This document shows positions 1 to 9,553 of a stretch of DNA of 64,000 bases, piece after piece (position 1 is the stretch's first letter; every line of letters starts with the position of its first letter). Location: NCBI GenBank assembly GCA_965214095.1, contig OZ243938.1:864001-928000 (forward strand), read 5' to 3'. Made by a program: the position numbers and the translations under genes. The notes below the pieces were generated by a model. It saw nothing but the letters and a program-made list of their open reading frames with translations, was not told the origin of the DNA and did not search any database. The stretch comes from Candidatus Poribacteria bacterium. Its GTDB lineage: Bacteria > Poribacteria > WGA-4E > WGA-3G.

Positions 1-129
1 CACGTCATCAAGGTAATGTTCGCTTAGAAACACCTCATCTAAATGTCCAATATCAAGCACCAACAGAGTCGCAGCACGCACATAAATAAACTCACACATT
101 AGAGGGTAGATTCACCATTCTAACCATTA

Positions 130-426
130 CTATAGTTTGGACAGTTTCTTGAGGACTTGAACAGTGCTCTGGACAAGGAGCAGCACAGTCATCATACCTA
201 TTTCTTCAATAATACACCTCATGCAGCATGCCACACGCGCATGCTGCCCCGCTGGGGCTTGGATTGGTCGGGACATATTTTTCTATACACATTCCGCCCC
301 GCTGGGGCTGCTCATTTTGATGTTTTCACACTTTTTCATCAAAGTATTATCCTATCCAAAACTCACAATATATTGCAAATGCCAGCAATATCAGTATGTA
401 ACCAAGAGAAATTGTCCAAACTATAG
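130..426. mobile_element. MITE with terminal inverted repeats and 9-bp target-site duplication
   Basis: Ends are CTATAGTTTGGACAGTTTCT and AGAAATTGTCCAAACTATAG. The direct repeat TAACCATTA flanks it at 121-129 and 427-435. GCCCCGCTGGGGC palindromes occur twice inside. Confidence 0.8.
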
Positions 427-452
427 TAACCATTACATAAATGAAATTAACT

Positions 453-641
453 GAGGGGTGTGTATAAATATATTATGTGCCAACATTGGCTGCGTCTCTC
501 ATCAAGTATTTTTTATATGGAATTGTCCCCGTTGTGGTAGTATAATCTATTGAGATGCTTTGATCTTGTGGACGGCACGCGGAGCGTGCCTACTACTTTT
601 AAGACTATATTTGAGATTCCTTTTCTTTATGCACACTCCTC
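453..641. mobile_element. ~190-bp MITE (GAGGGGTGTG(T/C)ATAA...TTATGCACACTCCTC) carrying a REP-like palindrome
   Basis: A near-identical copy lies at 29793-29982. It has TIRs and the internal palindrome GGCACGCGGAGCGTGCCTACTAC. Confidence 0.8.
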
Positions 642-820
642 AGTTATTTTATATACGACTCCATTAAATTCTATTTACCACACAAACTATACCGAAATAA
701 TCCATTGACGAATTCAATTAGTTATGATAAGGTGTTGATATATTATTCAAGGAGGAATGCCTTTATCTCTAAATGAAATCCACTTTCTCAATAATTAGAG
801 AATATGGCACAGAGACAAAT

Positions 821-1837
821 ATGAAAGTAGCAGCAATGTTTGGTGATGGAAAAGGTGGCGTAGTTGATAAACCTGATCCAAAAGCAGGTGGAGATGTTGT
901 CGTTGTAAAAATCCGTGCTGTTCCGATGTGTACAGAGTACAAGGGATTTAAATCTGGCGGGACAGGAGAACGTTTCGGACACGAAGCAGCAGGAGAGGTC
1001 GTTGAAGTTGCACAACCTGGACGCGTAAAGGTTGGGGATCGCGTCGTCGTTCAACCACAAAACTCATGTGGTAAGTGTAATATGTGCGTAATTGGTGAAC
1101 ATATACATTGCACAGGTGGCCGTAACATTCGTGAAATGGTTGGATCGGATGTAGCGGGTGCAACTTATGCACAATATATGCATAAAATGGAGGACCTTCT
1201 TTTCCCCATTCCTGATGATATGAGTTTTGCTCACGGGGGTATGGCATGTTGTGGACTTGGACCCACGTTTGGTGCAATGGAACAGATGGAAGTTGATGCG
1301 TTGGATACTGTGATGGTAACAGGATTGGGGCCTGTGGGTCTTGGTGGCATTATCAATGCGAGTTATCGTGGCGCACGTGTGTTTGGAGTAGAAAGTCATC
1401 CCTATCGTGCAGAACTTGCTAAAAAGTTGGGTGCTGAAGTAGTTCTAAATCCGAATGATGAAGATATACTTGATCAAATCCGTGAGTTGACAGGTGGGAA
1501 CGGGATTGACAAGGCTGTTGATTGCTCAGGAGCATCTGCAGCACATAGGTTGATGGTGGATGCCGCGCGTAGAAAAGGACAAGTCACCTTCGTTGGTGAA
1601 GGTGGAGAATTTCCACTTGCAGCAAGCCGGGATATGATTCGTAAAGGTCTGGTTTTACGTGGGAATTGGCACTATAACCTTGGATTCTATCCAAAACTTA
1701 TGAAGGTTATCAAGGAATCTAAAGATAAAATAGATACCTACATCACGCACACATTCCCGATGAGTGAAGTTCAAAAGGCTTGGGAATTACAAGCTACAGG
1801 TGAATGTGGTAAGGTTATTTTGGATCCCTGGGAATAG
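821..1837 (+). CDS. Zn-dependent medium-chain alcohol/threonine/sorbitol dehydrogenase-like protein
   Basis: GHEAAGEV motif, structural-Zn CxxCxxC-x7-C and GLGPVG NAD-binding motif. Start is placed at ATG 821 (MKVAAMF) rather than 773. Confidence 0.9.
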   Translation: MKVAAMFGDGKGGVVDKPDPKAGGDVVVVKIRAVPMCTEYKGFKSGGTGERFGHEAAGEVVEVAQPGRVKVGDRVVVQPQNSCGKCNMCVIGEHIHCTGGRNIREMVGSDVAGATYAQYMHKMEDLLFPIPDDMSFAHGGMACCGLGPTFGAMEQMEVDALDTVMVTGLGPVGLGGIINASYRGARVFGVESHPYRAELAKKLGAEVVLNPNDEDILDQIRELTGGNGIDKAVDCSGASAAHRLMVDAARRKGQVTFVGEGGEFPLAASRDMIRKGLVLRGNWHYNLGFYPKLMKVIKESKDKIDTYITHTFPMSEVQKAWELQATGECGKVILDPWE

Positions 1838-1853
1838 CAAATACTTCAAAATG

Positions 1854-1882
1854 TGCGGGCGCGGTAGAGAACCGCGCCCGCA
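1854..1882. terminator. GC-rich hairpin between convergent genes (terminator or REP-like)
   Basis: TGCGGGCGCGGT-AGAGA-ACCGCGCCCGCA forms a perfect 12-bp stem just after the dehydrogenase stop. Confidence 0.55.
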
Positions 1883-1948
1883 ATAATAAACAGAGTCAAA
1901 CGGAAACAATTAGACAATGGCACCGCCACTGTATTAGCATCCGCAGCC

Positions 1949-2431
1949 TCAGCCACCTGACTGTTTCACAGGTTCTCGGATTTCTGGTTCAGGAGGCGCG
2001 CCTTTACCTTCAATATCTCCGATACAAAGGGCATATCCACCTTCACCGAACCATGAACCCAGTGTTACATGATAATCATCTATTTCGTCGTGTGGCAAAA
2101 AATCTGCGCGTTTTGTATGATCATGTCGCGCAAAGAAATAGTGACGATTCCCACGCCAATGCAGTTCACCATTCATTGATATACGATAAGATGTATTTGG
2201 TATCGGATCCATATCTTCAGGATTGACATATTCAAGCGGAATCTTCAGTGCCTCTATGAAGTCTACTAATGAACCGCCTGCTTCTTGGTAGGCGACAATG
2301 TCGTTCCAATCAGCAAGTCGAACACCTTCCCCCAATTGCTTCTTACACTCAACTTTAAGGTCTCCTGTTTCGTCCAGATTATGTTTAATGACATGGAACT
2401 GTTTGTAACTCGCAGCGATTTGTTTTTTCAT
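1949..2431 (-). CDS. hypothetical protein (160 aa)
   Basis: Open ORF with AAGGAG upstream of the ATG and a protein-like composition. Confidence 0.7.
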   Translation of the reverse strand: MKKQIAASYKQFHVIKHNLDETGDLKVECKKQLGEGVRLADWNDIVAYQEAGGSLVDFIEALKIPLEYVNPEDMDPIPNTSYRISMNGELHWRGNRHYFFARHDHTKRADFLPHDEIDDYHVTLGSWFGEGGYALCIGDIEGKGAPPEPEIREPVKQSGG

Positions 2432-2566
2432 GATTGAAACTCCTTATTTTGATTGATGTGGTGTTTAGAATCCTACTATGGTAATAGGATAATTTTTGAA
2501 AATAGGCAAAGATTCACCTATACACGTTTATGGATGCACTTTTTTCAGTACATATCAACACCGTCA

Positions 2567-2706
2567 TATTTTAGTGAAATGTAAAAATATATGCACATTC
2601 TCTGGTAGATGCGGTTTCCTAACCGCATTTATGAGACTGAACAAACACCGGTTCGGTTAGGAAACCGAACCTACCTTAGTGTGTAAATAATTATGGTTTT
2701 TACTAT
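2567..2706. mobile_element. ~140-bp REP-containing MITE-like element
   Basis: A near-identical copy lies at ~62868-63010 and a partial copy at ~33117-33193. It contains the GTAGATGCGGTTTCCTAACCGCAT and GGTTCGGTTAGGAAACCGAACCTAC palindromes. Confidence 0.75.
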
Positions 2707-2743
2707 ATGGTGAAGCATAGAAGTATATCTACACTTTCTATCA

Positions 2744-2808
2744 ACGGTAGGCGAGGTTTCCTAACCTCGCCGATGCAGAGTGTTCAAGTAATTTCAAAAT
2801 AAACTATA
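2744..2808 (-). repeat. inverted partial copy of the TATAGTAGATTTTGAAATTACTTGAACAC... MITE family
   Basis: The reverse complement matches 41329-41471 and 57998-58100. It contains GTAGGCGAGGTTTCCTAACCTCGCC. Confidence 0.7.
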
Positions 2809-2847
2809 ACAACAAAAATATTGGAATTATATCAAACGTGAATGAAT

Positions 2848-4413
2848 TTACTGTATACGGAAGGAAAATAGTCGCGAATGATTCAATTTGAAACGGAATC
2901 GCAACGGTTGTTTCGCATTTACTAACTGAACTGATTTCCATTTTACCTGATGATGTATACAATCTTCTGTCAAAGGAATACAATCGTCAAGTGAAAAACC
3001 GGGTTGAACTTGTCCATCAGCAGTTAACACCTCAACGCTAATCTGACCAGCACTTGCATCAGCATTGATTTCAAGTGTGCCGTTGTGAATTTGTAGGGGA
3101 ACAGTTTCAACAATACCTTCCTCTGCATCAAGAGATACAAACCCATCTAATCTCCATTTAGCAAGTCCAATTGCCTTGTGTCTATCCTTCATTTCAGCAC
3201 CGTGTGTATGCTCTGTACCAGTATAATACCAATGGATTTCATCATCCTTGATGATGGGTTGGGTATTTGTTCCCATAATCATACCGGTGTCATAAGTGCC
3301 AGGTTCACCTCTTGGAATAATAGGTGTTCGATCAGAATCTATGTAATCCCAGTTGAATCCATCTCTACTATATACAAGCTGTGCATCAATCGGTCCATCA
3401 ACAGGTATCTCATGCTCCGCTGCACCCGGTCCAGTTACATACAACACACCCGCAATTCCTATGTATATATTATGATAAAGGAAGCCAGACATATTGTGTA
3501 TTTCAGCGCGATCTGCGCCGTATCTTTCGATTCCAACTTCATCGTCCTGTTCCGTTGCCCTGAACATCGGTTCAAGTGGTTCCCAAGGTCCTTCTAACTT
3601 CGGACTTTCTGTGTATTCAATCATGCGGCGTGCATCTTTATCCTTATCACGTGTAAGTGCATAGGCACGAAACAGAGATGTTTTGTTATCATAGATAACA
3701 TTGAAACATCCTTCGTTGTTCCGTTCAGCAACAGGTTCCAGATAATCAGAGTCGTCCCATCGTATTCCATCAGGAGAAGTGAGAAAGAACACATTACGAT
3801 AACGTCTACAAAACCCGATTATTTTATACCGTTTCTGTGAATCCGATTCGTCATCATCACGGAAGACATTTGCCCCGTGCAAATCCCATACGATATTATT
3901 GTTAGGATTACCGTTGAATTCAAAGATACCCAGATTTGGTTTTGTCCATGTTAGTCCATCAACACTTTCTGCATAACATGTGAGGTCTCCACGATCATTC
4001 TCAACAAACTTGCGTCCGTATTTATCTTGTGTTTTACCTCTATATGTTGATGGATTTCTATCAGGGCGTGGAACATAGAGTCCTGGAATCTCGTTTGCTT
4101 TGAATCGCCAATGGGGTCCCATACGACACATATACCACATACGGTATTTACCATAAGCAGCATCATACATCGTGGTACCATAGAGATGCACACGTCTGGA
4201 TTGATCTGGTCCACCGTGTTCCCAAGGATTGTTGGGGTCAGGTTCAAGAACCGGGACTTCATGCTTCACACATGGATGAAGAACTCGTTTCACACCTTGT
4301 TTAGAAGCGATTAGTGCATCATCTATAAAAAGGTGTGTTCCAGAGTTAAGTATATGAAAGTTGGTGATACTCACTACGAAGACCAAAGCCGTGTGCTTCT
4401 TTGAAACACACAA
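2848..4413 (-). CDS. five-bladed beta-propeller glycoside-hydrolase-like protein (GH32/GH43/GH130-like clan)
   Basis: Motifs HLFIDD, YRMWY, YAESxDGxxWxKP, SxDGxxW repeats and LAKWRLDGFVSL, followed by a C-terminal beta-sandwich. The true start may be GTG at ~4374. Confidence 0.7.
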   Translation of the reverse strand: MCVSKKHTALVFVVSITNFHILNSGTHLFIDDALIASKQGVKRVLHPCVKHEVPVLEPDPNNPWEHGGPDQSRRVHLYGTTMYDAAYGKYRMWYMCRMGPHWRFKANEIPGLYVPRPDRNPSTYRGKTQDKYGRKFVENDRGDLTCYAESVDGLTWTKPNLGIFEFNGNPNNNIVWDLHGANVFRDDDESDSQKRYKIIGFCRRYRNVFFLTSPDGIRWDDSDYLEPVAERNNEGCFNVIYDNKTSLFRAYALTRDKDKDARRMIEYTESPKLEGPWEPLEPMFRATEQDDEVGIERYGADRAEIHNMSGFLYHNIYIGIAGVLYVTGPGAAEHEIPVDGPIDAQLVYSRDGFNWDYIDSDRTPIIPRGEPGTYDTGMIMGTNTQPIIKDDEIHWYYTGTEHTHGAEMKDRHKAIGLAKWRLDGFVSLDAEEGIVETVPLQIHNGTLEINADASAGQISVEVLTADGQVQPGFSLDDCIPLTEDCIHHQVKWKSVQLVNAKQPLRFRFKLNHSRLFSFRIQ

Positions 4414-4423
4414 CTCTCCTATG

Positions 4424-4492
4424 TGATTCCTGCTTCCGTCTCTCGTGCCACCTTCCTGAACCGCATAAGGTCTTAACTGGACTCCACAGGTG
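4424..4492 (-). mobile_element. possible IS200/IS605 (tnpB) right-end / omega-RNA-like remnant
   Basis: The minus strand reads CCTGTGGAG..TAAGACC..GGCA..GAAGCAGGAATC, the motif order recalled from IS605-family 3' ends. No tnpB is adjacent. Confidence 0.4.
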
Positions 4493-4506
4493 TAGCAGGG
4501 GTGTTG

Positions 4507-6561
4507 TTATGACAACGTATTTAGTTTTTCTCTGCCACATTCTAATGTTTTGAGTGATTTCGCACCAGTCAAATCCCAGATAACCACAGTGCTATCTCTA
4601 CAACCACTTGCAAGCGTCTGACCATCAGGAGAATATGCAACTGAATAGACAGGATCAATATGTCCGGTAAATGTCTTCAAGACCTCACCAGTGGCAACAT
4701 CCCATAAAGAAAGTTCACCCATACCGCCACTGGCAATAGTTCTACCATCAGGAGAATAAACAACAGAATATGCACCAGCATCAACATCAATAGAACGGAG
4801 CAGTTCTCCTGTTGAAACATCCCAAAAACGGATGCCTATATCACCGTTGTCACCCGTGCATGCAAGTGTCAAACCATCTGGTGAAAACGCGACAGAATCT
4901 ATACTATCATTAGGATCCGTTTCAATAGTTTTGAGGAGTTTTCCAGTGGCAACATCCCAAAACCGTATTGTGCCATCCGAACCACCACTTGCCAAGGTAG
5001 AACTATCTGGAGAAAACGCTATATCATCAACACTATCGGTATGTCCTTTGAGTTTATATATCTGTTCACCAGTCATTGGATTCCATAAACGTGTTGTATT
5101 ATCACAGGCACCACTGGCTAATGTCTTTCCATCTGGACTGAAAACTACCGTTATTACCGATTCTTTATGTCCTTCAAACGTTATGCTACTTTGCCAAGTA
5201 TCAGTCTCAAACAGATGAATTGTGTTGTCATAAGTGCCACAAGCAAGTTTTGAACCATCTGGTGAATAAGCAACAGATGCAATAGATATTTTTTTCGAAA
5301 GTGTATTAAGGAGTTTGTGTGTAGTTACATCCCAAATGCGAGCAGTATTGTCTAAACTAACCAACGTTTTCCCATCTGGTGAAAATACAACATCACCAAC
5401 AACTTCTGCATATCCAGAAAGTGAACTTACATGTTCACCAGATTTGACATTCCAAATGTTTATCTCTAAACCGCTGGAAATTACGAGTGATTTTCCGCAC
5501 GGGGAATACCTATAACTATTGACACTATGCCTATCAGGTGTTTTGAATGTATGAAGGAACGTTTCACTTTCGGTATCCAATAAGTGTATAGTATCTCTGT
5601 CATCATAACAAGCAATTGTCCTATTATTAGGAGAATAAAAAACAGAGCCTAACTTTGTATCAGGGTTTGTTCCACACTGGCAACCACGGAGAGGATAGGT
5701 GGTCGCGACAGCATCTAACTTCATTCCAAGGTTAATTGTCCTTACGACATCACCCGTCTGTGAATTACATAACTGAATGGTACCGCAGGAACTCGCGACT
5801 GCAATAGTGCTACCGTCATCCGAAATGTCACAAGAATACTTTGTATTGTCACTAATTTCCTGTATTAATTCACCAGAATTGGCATTCCAGATACAAACTT
5901 TATTGTCCGATCCTTGACTGAAAATCGTATTTCCATCATGAGAGAACTCCACTGAATCCACAGAACTAACGTGGGCAGCAAATGTTAACACAGGATTACC
6001 AGTTTGCACATCATAAACACGGATAACCTCCTCATTACCACCACTGGCAAGTTTACTGCCATCCGGACTATAGGTTAACGTATTCACTTGGTCCTTATGT
6101 TCATCTAAAGTTCTTTTCAGTTCACCAGTTGCAACATCCCATAATCTGATAGTTTGATCTTTTCCTGCACTTGCAAGGGTATCGCCATTTGGATTGAAAA
6201 CCATGGAATAGATGTCGTCAGTATGTTCAGTGAGGATAGACTTAGAATCACCCGTTGCAACATCCCACAAACGGATAGTATAGTCACCCCAACTACTGAT
6301 ACTAGCAAGTGTCTTACCATCAGGACTGAATTCAACACCACTGACATAATACGTATGTCCTGTCAAAAGATTGTGTTCTTCCCATGTCTGCGTATCGTAT
6401 ATCCAGATGCCGATTGTGCTTGCAACGGCAAGTTTAGAACCATCAGGAGCAAATTGCATATCAAACGCATAGCCTTTACCGAACCTTGCTATAGCACCTT
6501 CTGGCAGATAGTTTTCAAATTGATTTATATCAGGATATGGTTGCGTGTAATCTGATTTCAT
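4507..6561 (-). CDS. WD40-repeat beta-propeller protein
   Basis: LPEGAIARFGKG N-terminal motif and many GH...FSPDG...WD repeats. Confidence 0.92.
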   Translation of the reverse strand: MKSDYTQPYPDINQFENYLPEGAIARFGKGYAFDMQFAPDGSKLAVASTIGIWIYDTQTWEEHNLLTGHTYYVSGVEFSPDGKTLASISSWGDYTIRLWDVATGDSKSILTEHTDDIYSMVFNPNGDTLASAGKDQTIRLWDVATGELKRTLDEHKDQVNTLTYSPDGSKLASGGNEEVIRVYDVQTGNPVLTFAAHVSSVDSVEFSHDGNTIFSQGSDNKVCIWNANSGELIQEISDNTKYSCDISDDGSTIAVASSCGTIQLCNSQTGDVVRTINLGMKLDAVATTYPLRGCQCGTNPDTKLGSVFYSPNNRTIACYDDRDTIHLLDTESETFLHTFKTPDRHSVNSYRYSPCGKSLVISSGLEINIWNVKSGEHVSSLSGYAEVVGDVVFSPDGKTLVSLDNTARIWDVTTHKLLNTLSKKISIASVAYSPDGSKLACGTYDNTIHLFETDTWQSSITFEGHKESVITVVFSPDGKTLASGACDNTTRLWNPMTGEQIYKLKGHTDSVDDIAFSPDSSTLASGGSDGTIRFWDVATGKLLKTIETDPNDSIDSVAFSPDGLTLACTGDNGDIGIRFWDVSTGELLRSIDVDAGAYSVVYSPDGRTIASGGMGELSLWDVATGEVLKTFTGHIDPVYSVAYSPDGQTLASGCRDSTVVIWDLTGAKSLKTLECGREKLNTLS

Positions 6562-6582
6562 GGATTCTCCTACATTGTTATT

Positions 6583-7368
6583 CTATTTTCGCGGAGGTTT
6601 GACATTCATCCAATGTCCATCTTGTCTGTTATCTTCAACAAACCTTACCTTTGACCACCACGTGTTCGCACGTGTCCTGGCATGCCCACGATCAAAGTTA
6701 ATCCCGATATTTATAGGTTTATCTGTATCCGGATAATCCAGCATCGTCCATGGAATTTCCATCTCAACAATCCACCCATCATCAACGATGCTTGCAGCGA
6801 CATCCCACATATCCGATAGTTCTTCAGGCGTTGCAAATGGTGGTGGGTGACTAACCCATTTGCTACCAAGCGGATTTGCCATAAAGAAAATGCGATCCAT
6901 AAATTGATGTGTATGGAAAGGATCTATCGTAAACGATACCCAATCCTCACCCGATGGACGAATCTGATCCATTGCCTGAATTCCAACAATTCCATCAGGA
7001 ACACTATCAAATAGATACCAAGCAAGATAAATTGCTTCATCAGAATATACCAACATAATTGTTGTTTGATCTTGTGCCTGGATATTCCCAGCATTTCTGT
7101 CAAAGAAATCCGTGCCTTGAGGTGCATTGCGCCAAGCTTCATCGGTAAGTTTCCCATCAATCACTGGTGGAGTGTCTATCTTCACTCCAGGAAGCCTTTT
7201 GCCATCACCCAGATCCACTTCACCATCCTGCTTTGGCACATTGTCCAATAATTCTCCAAGTTCTTTTGGTTTCTTTAATCCAAATAATTCACATCCTGTC
7301 ATAAAAAGTAAAATACACATCAAATTGATAGAAAGTGCTGTCTTCAAGAGTTTGTTCCTCCAATACAT
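6583..7368 (-). CDS. lipoprotein with CBM9/DOMON-like carbohydrate-binding domain
   Basis: Lipobox-like MTGC. PPVIDGKLTDEAW and GWIVEMEIPW motifs are typical of CBM9-like domains. Confidence 0.75.
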   Translation of the reverse strand: MYWRNKLLKTALSINLMCILLFMTGCELFGLKKPKELGELLDNVPKQDGEVDLGDGKRLPGVKIDTPPVIDGKLTDEAWRNAPQGTDFFDRNAGNIQAQDQTTIMLVYSDEAIYLAWYLFDSVPDGIVGIQAMDQIRPSGEDWVSFTIDPFHTHQFMDRIFFMANPLGSKWVSHPPPFATPEELSDMWDVAASIVDDGWIVEMEIPWTMLDYPDTDKPINIGINFDRGHARTRANTWWSKVRFVEDNRQDGHWMNVKPPRK

Positions 7369-7379
7369 GTATATTGTGT

Positions 7380-7558
7380 TCGTAGTCGTGCAATTTATTG
7401 TGCCTCTTTTTTTTAAAATTCAAATGGGTAAATCATTTATAGAATTGGTAGACATTTGCAGTAATTAATACTCTCAGTATACCACAATTACATTGACAGA
7501 TGCACTTTTCTCCACTTTGTATAACTTTGTATAAAAGGCACTTCGTATATTGATATGC
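7380..7558. repeat. conserved intergenic block of the A/B WD40 array (copy 1 of 3)
   Basis: Near-identical at ~11476-11651 and ~15501-15676. It contains the TTGTATAA direct repeat and a minus-strand TGGTATACT extended -10-like element. Confidence 0.8.
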
Positions 7559-9508
7559 CTAAAGCTTACTTACATCCCACAAAAGGACAGTCCCATCAGA
7601 ACTCACACTTGCAACCGTTTCCCCATCAGGCGTAAACGCAACATCATTGATAATCTGTGTATGTCCAGTAAACTTCTGTAGGAGTTCTCCAGATTGTGCA
7701 TCCCAAATGTGTACAACTTTTTTATTCTCAGAACTATTCGCCAGTAATCTACCATCAGGAGAACATGCAAGATGCGTTACAACTCCCGCATCTGATATCA
7801 ATGGACGTGTCAACTCACCTGTGGCAACATCCCAAAAACGGAGTGTTTCATCTGCACTACCACTTACAACCGTTTTCCCATCAGAAGAAAACACAACGTT
7901 ATTAACTTCCTTTTCATGTCCCGTTAACGTTGTAAGGAGAGTCTGACCGTCCACATCCCATATCATGATTGTCTTGTCATTGCTTCCACTTGCGAGCGTT
8001 TTTCCATCAGGTGAAAAAGCAACGGAATTGACTTCATCCGTATGTTCACTGAAAGTCATCAAGCAATCTCCAATGAGATAAAGTTGTCCCTTACAAATCT
8101 CCCATAAACAAACCTGATTGTCTGTGTCGCTAGTCGCCAGTATGTTACCATCGGACGAGAAACAAACAGAAGTGAGTTTTTCTTTATCACTATTAACACT
8201 ATAAAAATCCTTCTCATGATTTCCTATAAAACTACCAAGGAACCTTCCTGTTTGTCCATTCCACAAACGCGCTTTCATTGATGTGCCTACTGTAGCAAAG
8301 ATTTTCCCATCAGGAGAATATTCTATGTCAACAACATTACATCGCGGTTCAGTAGTTGTTTTAAGATGTTCGTAGGTGTGTGGATTCCAGAATAAGACTT
8401 CGGTATTTGCACCACATGTAAGGTTATTGCCATCAGGTGAAAAAGCAGCTGAGAAGATTGATGCATCTAAATGTCCTTTGATTGTGTTTTGAAGTTTTCG
8501 CGTAGAAGTATCCCATATTTGTATTGTTCCATCGTCAATACCAATAACTATTGTGTTACCATCTGGAGCATAAGCCACAGAATTAATCGGTTCACCATGT
8601 GCCATGCTGAATAATTGATCTAACGTATTAACATCCCAAAGACTCACATATTCCCAAGTACCACCAGTAACGAGTCTACTGCCATCGGGTGAAAACGCAA
8701 TATACTCATAACTCACATCCTGCTTTTCAGGACTTCTGAGATGCTTACCTGTGTTAACATCCCAAAATTGTAGAGGGTGCATATTGTTTCCAACGACAGC
8801 AAGTATTTTATTATCTGGAGAAAACGCAGCCTCAGTAATATTTGTTTCTATCAATATATCTCTTATCGGTTCACCTGTTCCTGTATCCCAATATTCAATA
8901 TATGAATATGATGTGTTGCTATCACAATATCCAACATTGATAAGTATGTCTTCATCAGGAGGAGCAAATACCATTGCGGATATTTCTGTATTATCAGTTT
9001 GACTAATTGTTCTTTTTAGTTTTCCAGTTCTTGTTTCCCATATCCTTATATTCCAGTGCTCACTTGTAGATGCGATTGTCTCACCGGAAGGACTAAATGC
9101 CAATAAGTTGAGATTTCTTTTACATCCAACACATCTCATCCTGATTTTACGTGTTTCAGTGTCCCAGATAATGATAATATTATCCTCACATCCCGAGGCT
9201 AATGTCTGTCCATCCGAACTAAATGCGATTGATGTAACAGGTGCGTCATGACCTGTGAGTAAGTCTATCGCTTGTAATGTATCAGCGTTATATAGCCAGA
9301 TGCCTATGGACGTTGCTACTGCAAGATACTTACCATCAGGGGAATATTTTATTTGGTTTATTCTACCCTTTCCCATACGAGCTTTTGCCCTCTCTGGTAA
9401 TCCTAATTGATTATGTATTTGAGAAAATGCTGTTATTGAGTAAAAAGTGAAAAAGAAGACAATAGAAATCAATGGTAATGTATTTAGTATAAGATTTAAT
9501 GAATTCAT
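7559..9508 (-). CDS. WD40-repeat protein, type A, with signal peptide
   Basis: Hydrophobic N-terminus ending AFS-Q and WD40 repeats. The C-terminal ~180 aa are nearly identical to the other type A genes. Confidence 0.92.
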   Translation of the reverse strand: MNSLNLILNTLPLISIVFFFTFYSITAFSQIHNQLGLPERAKARMGKGRINQIKYSPDGKYLAVATSIGIWLYNADTLQAIDLLTGHDAPVTSIAFSSDGQTLASGCEDNIIIIWDTETRKIRMRCVGCKRNLNLLAFSPSGETIASTSEHWNIRIWETRTGKLKRTISQTDNTEISAMVFAPPDEDILINVGYCDSNTSYSYIEYWDTGTGEPIRDILIETNITEAAFSPDNKILAVVGNNMHPLQFWDVNTGKHLRSPEKQDVSYEYIAFSPDGSRLVTGGTWEYVSLWDVNTLDQLFSMAHGEPINSVAYAPDGNTIVIGIDDGTIQIWDTSTRKLQNTIKGHLDASIFSAAFSPDGNNLTCGANTEVLFWNPHTYEHLKTTTEPRCNVVDIEYSPDGKIFATVGTSMKARLWNGQTGRFLGSFIGNHEKDFYSVNSDKEKLTSVCFSSDGNILATSDTDNQVCLWEICKGQLYLIGDCLMTFSEHTDEVNSVAFSPDGKTLASGSNDKTIMIWDVDGQTLLTTLTGHEKEVNNVVFSSDGKTVVSGSADETLRFWDVATGELTRPLISDAGVVTHLACSPDGRLLANSSENKKVVHIWDAQSGELLQKFTGHTQIINDVAFTPDGETVASVSSDGTVLLWDVSKL

Positions 9509-9553
9509 TTCAATGTCGGCTCCTTAGGGTTTGTGCTGCCTTAGAGTATGAAA

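Noticed and set aside
1-89. Possible 3' end of an upstream CDS (frame from 3, stop at 87-89)
   Set aside because: Too short to support or identify.
157-454. ORFs 157-426 and 164-454
   Set aside because: They lie within a MITE and show no protein-like features.
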